Made by a program: the position numbers and the translations under genes
Virus record (IMG/VR): IMGVR_UViG_3300020182_000020
Strand: one strand, 5' to 3'
Length of the DNA: 64,000 nt
From: a virus
Part shown: positions 36,301 to 45,243 of the stretch, piece after piece
Layout of the letters: each line of letters begins with the position of its first letter
How positions within the stretch are numbered: the first letter of the stretch is position 1
The notes under the pieces: generated by a model
Databases searched by the model: none
Seen by the model: only the letters and a program-made list of their open reading frames with translations
Told to the model about the DNA's origin: nothing

Positions 36301-38761
36301 GACAACCGGTGCGAGCTCTAGATCCCAAATATCACAAGGAGATAATTACTATACTCAAAGCGGAACAAACGGTTCGAGCAGAAATTCTGTTTCTAGAGTA
36401 TTGTCTAACGACACTATCAGAGAAACGGTAGGTAATGTTACCGTAGACATCGCTCTTATTCCCTGGATTCGGTCTCGTAAAATCTTCTTTAAGGCACAAG
36501 GGCTCAAACCCAACACTAAATTCTTGGCATTCTTTGACGGGGTCAATGTTGAAGATTGGGTTCGTGTAGAAAACACCTTTACTCGATGGGGCCAAAGAAC
36601 AGATGACATTGAAGGTCAAATTGACGCTTCACAATATTCTGAACATCCAGATAGTAAAACAGAACTTACGTCAGACGCTGATGGACAAATTATAGGTTCG
36701 TTTTTTATACCGAACTTCAGACCAACTCAATCCGCCGTAGGAAATGCGAATTCTGTTAACGCAGAAACTTCTGGTGGATTGAGATTTAGAACAGGTATTA
36801 GAGAATTTAGGCTCCTTGATGTAACGAGTACAGATATTACTGAAGCGGGATCTAGCGCTTCTTCTTACTACGCAGCCAAAGGCGTTCTAGAAACAACTAC
36901 TACTACCAATATCATATCAACAAGAATACCTTGGAATGCTTGGACTTTATCAAACGTATCGTCTCTTGGTGTGTTCCCAGTATATAATCAGAGATCCCAA
37001 CAGCAATATCTTGATGCAATAAACCCTGGACAGGTGTTACTGAATCAACCTCATGTATCCGGTGGTTGGACAGCTAATGATGAACCGGTTGACCCAGGCG
37101 ATTATGCGGGGCAAGAGTCTAAACTTCTTTCTGATTATATTACTATTGATCAGAGTCAGTATGGCAATGTTTCGTCAAATAACTCTACGCCTTTACTGCA
37201 ATATCCTTTGGCGCAATCGTTCAAAGTTGACAATCAGTTTGGTCTCACGTTACGGCAAGTTAAGTTATTCTTTGCAAGCAAAGATGATACCTTACCAGTA
37301 CACATCCAAATTCGACCAATGGAAAATGGTGCGCCTTCGATTAGTAAAATCGTACCAAGCTCTTGTGTATTTAAAAAATCAAACGAAGTGTCAGCTACTC
37401 CTTTTATAAAAGGTACCACGTTGTTAACAAACGTTCAGTCAGCTGCCACAACGTTTACGTTTGATGAGCCTGTTTATCTGAAACCTTGGACAGAATATGC
37501 AATTGTAATTTCTTCTGAATCGCCAGAATATGAAGTATACACAGCTAAGTCTTTAGAGTATATTATAGGCGCTGGTGGTTCACAGAGAATCACATCACAG
37601 CCTGCTCCTGGAGCGTTATTCTTGCCTCAGAATAGCACAGAATGGCAACCTTCGAAAGATATGGATTTGATGTATACGTTAGTAAGAGCCAAATTTAATA
37701 CTAATGGTTCCGCCATTTTTCATAACGCGGCAGTTCCTGGAAAACTCCTAAACACAAACCCATTGCTTGTGACTCAGGGTTCAGCAGATATTTATGTATA
37801 TAATCCTTGTCATGGCTTAGATTCTTCGGCGGGCGACACCGTGATTATTTCTGGGCTGCAAAATGGCACTACATATGGTGGCATTGACGGAGCACAAATA
37901 AACGGTTCGCGAACAATAAAACATTATGATATTGATGGTTTTGTTGTTACAGCTGCAGCTTCTGCCACAACAAATGGTTATGTTGGCGGCAATTCTGTTG
38001 TTAGTAGTCGAAACATTCAATTTAATTTGGTGAATCCTACAATCGCTAGTTTAGTGCCGGCAGGAACTTCTATCGATATTAGTGCTCAGTTCACAACCGG
38101 ACGTTCTGTCTCTGGCAATGAACTCAAATATCAAAAAGATGATAAATATTCGCGCGTTACTCCTGGAATAAACACTGAGTTCAGAAATCCACGAATCGTT
38201 GCAAACACAACATTAGAAACTTCTAATCTCGGAGGAGGAGTTAAATCTGCAGATGTTAAGATAAACCTGCTCTCTTCCAACGATTATGTTTCGCCGTTTA
38301 TTGACCTTGAAAGAATTTCACTATCGTTGGTTCAAAATTGCGTTGATGATATTAGCGCCAGACCTCCGGTCAATGAAAGAGACGAAACCCAGCCTTGGAT
38401 GGGCGTTGGCAATGGCGGTTCGCGACACATTACGACTCCAGTCTCGTTGTCAGACGACGCTGTTGGGGTAAAGATAGATTTTGATGTAAACTTGCCTGAC
38501 GCTGCTTCTGCTTTTGATTTTTACTATAGGACTGCAGTATCGTCTGATGATATTGTAAATCAAACTTGGATCAAAACTCCAATTGTACAGAATGTTACGG
38601 GCAACACAAATGAATATATCAATCAAAGTATACTGATCGGGGGGCAGAACGGATCTTTAGAACCATTCAACCAATTCCAATCAAAGGTTGTGTTTATTTC
38701 ATCTAACATGTCGACGTCGGCTTCTATTCGTAATTACAAAACGAAATTCCTGGCTACATAA
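33362..38761 (+). CDS. Large virion structural protein (DUF4815 / VrlC-like)
   Basis: Y.DD....GYHQILF..GRALQARELTQLQT, PGADRY, R..EESGDY, YTMKDI..LE, GLL.DDF. Confidence 0.8.
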   Translation: MPNTFNSSTLSGTYKDDWNDSDGYHQILFNSGRALQARELTQLQTIIQEEISRHGKNVFKEGSRVSAGGITIDNQIRYVKISTVGGGTFADIPVGTLFTGSTSGYTARVLDVKAAGVDGYATDTLYLRYVGANTVSPAGSTALFINTETLTGGNYTLTVGNDTDSVGVGTKITVAEGDWFVLGHFVHSPEQTLYLSPYTQTANGEIVYEVVEDVVTVNDTTSLYDNTGGSPNLASPGADRYRIRLTLKDQINVTVGATQCFICSVENSTITKQATTLESYNKINELLALRTNEESGDYIVNPFSIHFRDDVIGDSNLDLIVSPGTAYINGYRVSNSHPVRLSVPRSTRTQLVNNQAIPYTNGSFIISDVSRGAPFASTTLATVDIRDTIAYGGSTIGTCRVKAIDNTPDGRVRVYLFDVQMNAGQSFRTARSIGNSATDYWDIDLETDAAVIKEAGRNDMFIVLPRPRPQNITDINITTQRQFTSAAASGNQVTITGLSANQSFVDTDRWIVAGADEQFKTTPTIISNTGTSVVIGGLTNGKVYQVYAYVNDTSGAARTKTLVSVTNAGTLTTDPEGFKYFDIGYTDVKEVTRLRTTDSDGVDISSNFVLDNGQRDNYYGRGRVILKNGIADPGTVFIRVNHYSHSATGNFYDATSYPDEYEDIPSHRKSNGEVVPLRNVLDFRPDFDGTTFTEFGGDQEIELPRSGDFLSADVRYYTPRADKLLVTQEGDFKLLMGVQAENPQFKETPENSLELYKLILNGYTDGPLDLTATPIEHKLYTMKDINKLELQLNSFQEETRLSLLELEAKLDTMFDSAGIERIVSGLLVDDFDDQSQTDTTHVDHTASLDPESRSIRAGFEANNIRLIYDSAVSSGMKPTATTGDLVTLNFVDEEWQKQELASRVQKVNPAGLIRNIGCLMLSPSSDEWKDQKAKTNYAVPGTTSIDTQQAYLWNEWQWNWGGRAAENFDTGAYCGKGLSSTTGASSRSQISQGDNYYTQSGTNGSSRNSVSRVLSNDTIRETVGNVTVDIALIPWIRSRKIFFKAQGLKPNTKFLAFFDGVNVEDWVRVENTFTRWGQRTDDIEGQIDASQYSEHPDSKTELTSDADGQIIGSFFIPNFRPTQSAVGNANSVNAETSGGLRFRTGIREFRLLDVTSTDITEAGSSASSYYAAKGVLETTTTTNIISTRIPWNAWTLSNVSSLGVFPVYNQRSQQQYLDAINPGQVLLNQPHVSGGWTANDEPVDPGDYAGQESKLLSDYITIDQSQYGNVSSNNSTPLLQYPLAQSFKVDNQFGLTLRQVKLFFASKDDTLPVHIQIRPMENGAPSISKIVPSSCVFKKSNEVSATPFIKGTTLLTNVQSAATTFTFDEPVYLKPWTEYAIVISSESPEYEVYTAKSLEYIIGAGGSQRITSQPAPGALFLPQNSTEWQPSKDMDLMYTLVRAKFNTNGSAIFHNAAVPGKLLNTNPLLVTQGSADIYVYNPCHGLDSSAGDTVIISGLQNGTTYGGIDGAQINGSRTIKHYDIDGFVVTAAASATTNGYVGGNSVVSSRNIQFNLVNPTIASLVPAGTSIDISAQFTTGRSVSGNELKYQKDDKYSRVTPGINTEFRNPRIVANTTLETSNLGGGVKSADVKINLLSSNDYVSPFIDLERISLSLVQNCVDDISARPPVNERDETQPWMGVGNGGSRHITTPVSLSDDAVGVKIDFDVNLPDAASAFDFYYRTAVSSDDIVNQTWIKTPIVQNVTGNTNEYINQSILIGGQNGSLEPFNQFQSKVVFISSNMSTSASIRNYKTKFLAT

Positions 38762-38762
38762 T

Positions 38763-39005
38763 ATGAGTGTAAAATATATTCCGGTTGCGGGGCATCAAGG
38801 GTTTGTTCGAGATACCTCAACCGGAGCTGTACTAAATATAAATCGTACAGCGATTGAACAAGCTAGACAAAGTAAAAAGAACAGATTAGAACAAAGAAAG
38901 AAACAGGAAAACTTAGCCGAACGTGTAAACTCTATGGAAGAGGATATTAGTTCAATTAAGTCTCTCTTAGAAGTTATCGCACAAAGGCTGAATAATGTCT
39001 CATGA
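38763..39005 (+). CDS. Small coiled-coil protein common in T4-like tail regions
   Basis: PVAGHQGFVRDTSTGAVLN followed by coiled coil; ATG at 38763. Confidence 0.65.
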   Translation: MSVKYIPVAGHQGFVRDTSTGAVLNINRTAIEQARQSKKNRLEQRKKQENLAERVNSMEEDISSIKSLLEVIAQRLNNVS

Positions 39006-42000
39006 CGGATTTACAGATAAAGGTCGTAGGAATTTAAACCTATCAAACCCTCGTATTGATGAAGTACTACCTCAATATTTTACTACTCAATATCCTAAAT
39101 TCATTTCACTTCTCGAAAGATACTATGAGTTTGAAACTGACTCTGCGAGTCCAACAGAACTTATTGGACATCTTTTCGAAAGTCGCGATATAAATCAAAC
39201 AGACCTTTCGTTACTGTCTTACATTGAAGATGAATTGTTACTTGGAAGTAATTATGCAGAAGGATTTCAAGACAAACGCGCTGCTGCAAATTTCTCCAGT
39301 CAATTATTCAGAGCAAAGGGCACCAAGTATTCAATTGAGTGGTTTTTTCGAGCGTTTTTTGGTATTGATCCAGAAATATTCTATCCAAAAGAAAACGTTT
39401 TTCTTTTAGCTGGCGTTGATTCAGACACCCTTGATAGTAAGATTGGGACTGGATATGCCAAATATATTACTAACGACAAACTCTATCAAACCTTTGCGCT
39501 AGAAATAAAAACTGAACTTGGTGTCGAACAATGGGAAAACATTTACAAGCTGTTCGCTCACCCTGCAGGAATGTACCTAGGCTCGAGATATGTTGTTAAT
39601 GCAGAAGCCGAAGTAGAAGGCCTAGATTCTGACATTGTTAATAATTCTATTACAACAGCACCTTCTCCTGTCTTTAATCTTTCTGCAGACGACACAAGTC
39701 CAGACGAAGGAGATTTAGTTACATTCACTATTAGTGGTTCTAATATTCCGTCTGAATATTATTACTGGTATGTTGCTCCATCTACGATTAGCGATAGTGA
39801 TATTGTTGCGCCATATCCAACGGTTAATAACAGAGAACCTGTACTTGTTACTGCTAATTCGGGATCTTTTGATCTTGTTATTGGCTTTCAGGATGAGCAA
39901 GAAACTGACGCAAAAGAATTTTTAGCTATTCTCTCAGACGAACCATTTCCAGGAGCTATTCCTGGAGCAAAAGGATCTTTAGCGGATCAATTAATTTCTA
40001 TAAACGATGTTTCTTACACCGTTAATACTACTGGTGGCGTTTCTCCGACCACGGGACCAGATCAAGACGTAAATGTTCTCGAAGGTGAAACAATTACATT
40101 TACTCTCGCGCCAAACACACCATCGATCATTCCAAATAAACCAGTATTCTTTACTACAAACCTTCCAAACTTATTTGTCGACAGTAGCCAAATCGATGTC
40201 GGTGATCACGATGTTTTAAGTGGTGGAAAGAGACTGGTCTCGCTGGATGGTTCAGGCGGTTCTACGAATTTAACTATCGCTACAAAGGTTGGCACAGGCG
40301 CAAAAGCGTTTGTTGCACAATTCGAAGATTCTTCTGGTAATCAGATCTTTGGTTATTCTACGTTTGAAGGTATTCTGATTGAAATTCAAGATAATGTTGC
40401 TGCATCATATACAATCACAGCATCACCAAGTGGTCCTTCCGAGGGAGTTTCTGGTACTCCAATGACCTTTAATGTCACTGGGTCTGGTTTAAACATTGGA
40501 GATAGCGCAACCTACATTAATATAACACATCTCACCACTGACAACGCAGACTTTACAACTGTACCACCAGGAAACAGTCCAACTTCGAGAGCGCTCGTGA
40601 CTCTTGCTGATACAGGTAATCGGAGTGGGTTTGGACAAGCGGTCAGTTTAATAACGGTAAAACAAGATGCAGCTTCTGAAGGTGATCAAACATTTAAAGC
40701 AGATCTCTATGACGATATCTCTGCAGGTTCTTTATTGACAACAAGCGGTACAATTACCATAACAGATACTAACTTTACACTGACACCTACACCAACAACA
40801 GTTAACGAGGGCGATACCGTTACCTTCGATGTTTCAGGAACAGGAATTACTCAGAGTGGTACTGCATATTGGCAAATGGATTATGGTACTGCAGACTCTG
40901 CTGATTTTATTAATCATCCATCTTCTTCTGGCGACAGAAGGGCGGTTTCTATAACTTCCGGATCAAGCCCAGAAGGTTCGTTTACAGTTAATGTTAAAGA
41001 AGATTTTACTACAGATGGCGCGCCCGAAAACTTTGCAACAAGTGTATGGACAGCTCCTACTGGCGGTGTACAATTAGCTGCTTCGGGTAATGTTACAATT
41101 AACGACACCTCTATTCCTACAGGAGCGGATTATAATATTTCTGCTACCGGAACTACAGAAGGAGGGAATGTAGTTCTCTCCGTGTCTCCAGGAGCTTCCA
41201 GTGGAGACACGGTTGATTGGACAATAGATGGAGTTGGTGTGGGTGATTCTGCCACGTCTCTAGAAAATAGAATGAGTTCATTGACAGGAACATTCGGTGT
41301 TGTAAGTGGAACTGTAAATGTTAATGTTGGTACAACTTTGGATTCAGATGTTTGGCCATATGTAAACAATGGCCGAGTAATCATAGACATCAATGGTGGC
41401 GCGACGGGTGTTGACTCTGACCGGTTTACAGTTAGCGATGCTGCTGCTTCTTACGAGCTTATTGCTACAAACGATACCGCAGGAGCTTGGGACGAAGGTT
41501 CTACTACTCAATGGGCAATCAAAGGCAAAAACATAGATAGTGATACGGTTGTCTATGTTGAGTTTTCTGGCGGTACAGCAGACGGAAATGATTTCGCTAC
41601 ACCGAATCCATATCAGAGCAGACAGGCTGTTTCTTTAGTTTCTGCTAATTTCAATCCACTAAATGGTTATAATGGAACTTACTCTGTTGCGATAGAGAAT
41701 GACGCAACAACTGAAGGCAATGAAACATTTAACGCGAGCCTTTGGAATCAGGCTACTTCTGGTATTCAACTGGCCACCGCTGGGGCGTTTACGATTAACG
41801 ACACAAGTACTGCGGCGGGAGTTAGTAGCTACGTGTTCTTTGGTAGAGCACATGACGACTTTAGCACCACGAATAATACGGGTTCGACTGTTACTACATT
41901 TAGGAATACCGGATCTTGGGAAACTGCGGGCGCCGCAGGTGTTGCTGACGATGCTGTTGAGCCTGATTATACTGGCGCATCTTCTCACTTTGACGACGAG

Positions 42001-42276
42001 TGGTTATCAACGGGAGGCAGCGCCTCAGATTATCAAATTAGAGTTACAGGATCATTCGGTACCTATTCTTCACAAGGGTCTGGTAGTTGGGGTTCTTGGC
42101 AAACACTTAGTAGCAATCGTGCATACGGTATTAATAATAGCAATGGGGGTTCTGGTCTCAAAATTGGCGCCAGCACATTGACTATAACAATAAAACGATA
42201 TACCGGAACTTTAGGGGTAGGTGATACCGTGTTAACAAAACTATATAATGTTAACTGCAGCGTTGGAGGTTTATAA
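38995..42276 (+). CDS. gp7-like baseplate wedge initiator N-terminus fused to Calx-beta/Ig-like repeats
   Basis: LP.YF...YPKFI.LL..YYEF, KGT..SI..FFR.FF, HPAG; then repeats such as EGD.VTF...G. Confidence 0.6.
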   Translation: MSHDGFTDKGRRNLNLSNPRIDEVLPQYFTTQYPKFISLLERYYEFETDSASPTELIGHLFESRDINQTDLSLLSYIEDELLLGSNYAEGFQDKRAAANFSSQLFRAKGTKYSIEWFFRAFFGIDPEIFYPKENVFLLAGVDSDTLDSKIGTGYAKYITNDKLYQTFALEIKTELGVEQWENIYKLFAHPAGMYLGSRYVVNAEAEVEGLDSDIVNNSITTAPSPVFNLSADDTSPDEGDLVTFTISGSNIPSEYYYWYVAPSTISDSDIVAPYPTVNNREPVLVTANSGSFDLVIGFQDEQETDAKEFLAILSDEPFPGAIPGAKGSLADQLISINDVSYTVNTTGGVSPTTGPDQDVNVLEGETITFTLAPNTPSIIPNKPVFFTTNLPNLFVDSSQIDVGDHDVLSGGKRLVSLDGSGGSTNLTIATKVGTGAKAFVAQFEDSSGNQIFGYSTFEGILIEIQDNVAASYTITASPSGPSEGVSGTPMTFNVTGSGLNIGDSATYINITHLTTDNADFTTVPPGNSPTSRALVTLADTGNRSGFGQAVSLITVKQDAASEGDQTFKADLYDDISAGSLLTTSGTITITDTNFTLTPTPTTVNEGDTVTFDVSGTGITQSGTAYWQMDYGTADSADFINHPSSSGDRRAVSITSGSSPEGSFTVNVKEDFTTDGAPENFATSVWTAPTGGVQLAASGNVTINDTSIPTGADYNISATGTTEGGNVVLSVSPGASSGDTVDWTIDGVGVGDSATSLENRMSSLTGTFGVVSGTVNVNVGTTLDSDVWPYVNNGRVIIDINGGATGVDSDRFTVSDAAASYELIATNDTAGAWDEGSTTQWAIKGKNIDSDTVVYVEFSGGTADGNDFATPNPYQSRQAVSLVSANFNPLNGYNGTYSVAIENDATTEGNETFNASLWNQATSGIQLATAGAFTINDTSTAAGVSSYVFFGRAHDDFSTTNNTGSTVTTFRNTGSWETAGAAGVADDAVEPDYTGASSHFDDEWLSTGGSASDYQIRVTGSFGTYSSQGSGSWGSWQTLSSNRAYGINNSNGGSGLKIGASTLTITIKRYTGTLGVGDTVLTKLYNVNCSVGGL

Positions 42277-42278
42277 GA

Positions 42279-42830
42279 ATGGCAACAATACTTCAATTAG
42301 CAGATATGGCATACGCTAGTAGCCTATCTAATACCGCAACCTGTTTCGCTACAGAATTGAAATCAAATGGGTTTGTATTATATGGACAAAACGGTACTGA
42401 TGCTATAGAACCACAAGGGGCTGTAGGAAATGAAGATGGTGATAATGTTACTGGAACTTGGCGGTTTGAAACAAACGCACTTGATCAATCTATAGATTTT
42501 TGGGTAGCTAATGGTCAATGTGATGATACTGGTGTAGTTGATTATTCAAACCTTTGGGTAAGAGCAGAAAATAATGTTGATCCTGTAGGCGGTGGATGGT
42601 CGATCGGCAGTAATGCATTTGATACTTGGTTTAATATGGGTAATAGGATTAACGTTAGCTGGACTTACGAAAGAAATGGCACTAATAATGGCTCTCCTGT
42701 TAACTGGATTGGAAGTTTCGATTTATATGTTTTAGAAAAGGCTACAACGCCCACAGGGACAGCAAGCGTAGAAGGCGCTACTTTAATTGGTTCTCCTTCA
42801 TTAACGATATTTAATAGTGGCCAACCGTAA
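42279..42830 (+). CDS. Hypothetical virion/fibre-associated protein
   Basis: 183 aa beta-rich, resembles the C-terminal domain of the upstream gene. Confidence 0.5.
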   Translation: MATILQLADMAYASSLSNTATCFATELKSNGFVLYGQNGTDAIEPQGAVGNEDGDNVTGTWRFETNALDQSIDFWVANGQCDDTGVVDYSNLWVRAENNVDPVGGGWSIGSNAFDTWFNMGNRINVSWTYERNGTNNGSPVNWIGSFDLYVLEKATTPTGTASVEGATLIGSPSLTIFNSGQP

Positions 42831-42848
42831 AAAAGGATAAGCGCAAAA

Positions 42849-43220
42849 ATGGCACAATATAAAGATTTAACTATAGATCAGGGCACAGACATTACGGTTG
42901 AGTTGCATCTTATCAATACGGATAAAAGTCCAAAAAATTTAACAGGGTATTTTACTTCAGCGAAATTGGCGCCGAATTATAACGCTTCAGATTCTGATAG
43001 AATTTCTTTTACTACTGAAGTTGCTACTCCTGCGACTGAAGGTATAATGTATTTGTCTCTCACAAACCAACAGACCGACGCATTACAAACTAAAAGAAAA
43101 TATGTCTATGATGTTGAAATATCATACATCAACGATAGCGATGGAATGGGGTCAAGTATTTTCACAATAGAAAGAGTTCTTGAAGGAAACCTGTTCGTAA
43201 AGCCTTCTGTTACAAAATAA
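42849..43220 (+). CDS. Small structural/adaptor protein (BppU-like beta-sandwich)
   Basis: DLTIDQGTD, NLTGY...A, G...LSLT..QT..L, YVYDVEI, RVLEG...V.PSVTK. Confidence 0.6.
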   Translation: MAQYKDLTIDQGTDITVELHLINTDKSPKNLTGYFTSAKLAPNYNASDSDRISFTTEVATPATEGIMYLSLTNQQTDALQTKRKYVYDVEISYINDSDGMGSSIFTIERVLEGNLFVKPSVTK

Positions 43221-43234
43221 TATTTTCTAATCCC

Positions 43235-43242
43235 TATAAATA
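43235..43242 (+). promoter_or_regulatory. T4-type late promoter TATAAATA
   Basis: Exact consensus in the intergenic gap before the fibre genes. Confidence 0.7.
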
Positions 43243-43284
43243 GGTAGTAACGCGCCTAAATTGTTTTAAGTTATCAGGGTTGGA

Positions 43285-45243
43285 ATGAAAAAACAAATTG
43301 TAACAGTTATTGTTGAAGATGCAACAGTAGTCGATGTTGTACAACTTGAGCAGACAATTGTTAGTAGAGTTAAAGTAGGCACTTCTAATGACCCTGTGCA
43401 AATTCCCGTTGGATGGTCTTCTAGCGAAAATGTAGTAATACAAGATAATCCGTCTATAGATCTACTGTTGAAAACTTCAGTAGACAAAGTTGTTCTTGGA
43501 AATACCGTTCTTCTGGGTGATACTCAGAGATATCTTTATAATGATTCTTCTTTTGTCACGAACATAATCGATTCAGATTATGTTAATGCAATACTGGCCG
43601 CAAACAACGTCGAAGAATCAGATGATTCTGCTATATCAGACGAAGTTCGTTTTGGTAGGTTCAATCCATTAGTTTGGGATTCGGGCGGCGCTCAATATGG
43701 TGGAGCAGATTACAGAATTATAGCTGGGTATCAACCTGATCCCGAATTTCCCGACGAAGTCGTTTCGGTTCGAGACGCAGAATTTCTACCGTATGGCACT
43801 GAAGGTTTTAATAAATTTAGACTTTTGCTCGCCACGTTTACTCCTACTATTGGAACAGGAGCGCCGCAGACGATCAATTTAAATTGGGATGTTTTGGCTA
43901 GTGGATTTTCTATATCTATCTCAAACCCTTTAGATTTTGTAAGTCGGTATGTGGATGAAGTTGTTGATCTAGAAACATCATCGACAGGACAGTTTCCTAT
44001 GAGCGTAGGAAATATAATTAAATCCGAGAATTTTAATACTACCGGACCATCTCCAATTCCATTTGGAGGTTCAACTTGGTCACAAGCTTGGACCACTGAC
44101 GCAGACTGGTATTTAAATACATTACCAAACAGAGGGGACGAGGCGTATGTTACTGATTTTTACAGTCTCCGCGATGTGGTTAATATTAACGGTTCGGAAG
44201 AAATTACCGGCGGCGCAACTAATCAAACCAAAGGCGGGAGTGCGTCTTTATGGGTTAGGCTTAAAGATACTACGGGATTTGAATATGGAGGGTTCGTCGA
44301 GCCGTATGATAATGGCGCTCGAATAAATTTCAATTGGCGTAACGCTACTTTAAACGTATCGATCAATAATGTAAGCGGCAGTAATTTTTTAAAAACTTAT
44401 ACTAGCACAACTTATACTACATCAATAACAAACCTTACTGATATAAACAACGCAGAAGGAGCATTAGCTAGCGGGGACCCAGACGCTCCAGCACATATTC
44501 CAAAGTATCAACCTGCTTTCGTTACCGCTCTTGGCAATTTAGATGCTGGGTATACCGGACCATTTACGTCTACAGAAGATAAAAATAGATGGCCTGACGC
44601 TTGGAGCTATGGCGGAAACCCGACTCAACGAGCACTAGGTAGTGGTACATGGACCCTTTGGCCTCCTGTTCATAAAGACGATCATCCTCAAATTTCAAGC
44701 GGGCCCAGTGTAAATTACAGACACCTTTATGCTGCAGCTAGGATTACACGTCCTCTTGGAATAGCAGGATCTTTTGATGGTGATTCGGCAGGAGGATTAG
44801 ACCCAGCTAAAGGCGCTTCATATATTGAGAGAATTTATAGCACCAACAATTCATTTAACGCTTCATGGGTATATTATTCTTTTTGGCTTTTTACTTCTTC
44901 ATTAGCCTCGCCACCTACAAATTCTGATGTTGTTTCAGGATCAGATTATAAGTCGCCCGATGTAACACAACTTGGAAATCAAATAAATAACCTTAGTGGT
45001 TTTATTAATAACCCAGGAGCTGGACCACAAGCGTTTTGGTTTGGTATTAGAGCTTCTGCGACTCAACCAAATTTTTTCAGAACAGGGTCCAGCGCGTCTT
45101 TATTATCGGATGTTACACAAACCAATTCTACTGTTTTTTTACAGCCATCGCCAACGCCAGCAAATTATCTCGCAGAAGAATATAGTTTATATGGATTTGT
45201 TTTACAACCAGGATCTACTTACGTGAGTATAGGAAGACAATAA
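43285..45243 (+). CDS. Putative virion fibre/adhesin protein, paralog A
   Basis: 652 aa; shares N- and C-terminal blocks with the next gene. Confidence 0.55.
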   Translation: MKKQIVTVIVEDATVVDVVQLEQTIVSRVKVGTSNDPVQIPVGWSSSENVVIQDNPSIDLLLKTSVDKVVLGNTVLLGDTQRYLYNDSSFVTNIIDSDYVNAILAANNVEESDDSAISDEVRFGRFNPLVWDSGGAQYGGADYRIIAGYQPDPEFPDEVVSVRDAEFLPYGTEGFNKFRLLLATFTPTIGTGAPQTINLNWDVLASGFSISISNPLDFVSRYVDEVVDLETSSTGQFPMSVGNIIKSENFNTTGPSPIPFGGSTWSQAWTTDADWYLNTLPNRGDEAYVTDFYSLRDVVNINGSEEITGGATNQTKGGSASLWVRLKDTTGFEYGGFVEPYDNGARINFNWRNATLNVSINNVSGSNFLKTYTSTTYTTSITNLTDINNAEGALASGDPDAPAHIPKYQPAFVTALGNLDAGYTGPFTSTEDKNRWPDAWSYGGNPTQRALGSGTWTLWPPVHKDDHPQISSGPSVNYRHLYAAARITRPLGIAGSFDGDSAGGLDPAKGASYIERIYSTNNSFNASWVYYSFWLFTSSLASPPTNSDVVSGSDYKSPDVTQLGNQINNLSGFINNPGAGPQAFWFGIRASATQPNFFRTGSSASLLSDVTQTNSTVFLQPSPTPANYLAEEYSLYGFVLQPGSTYVSIGRQ

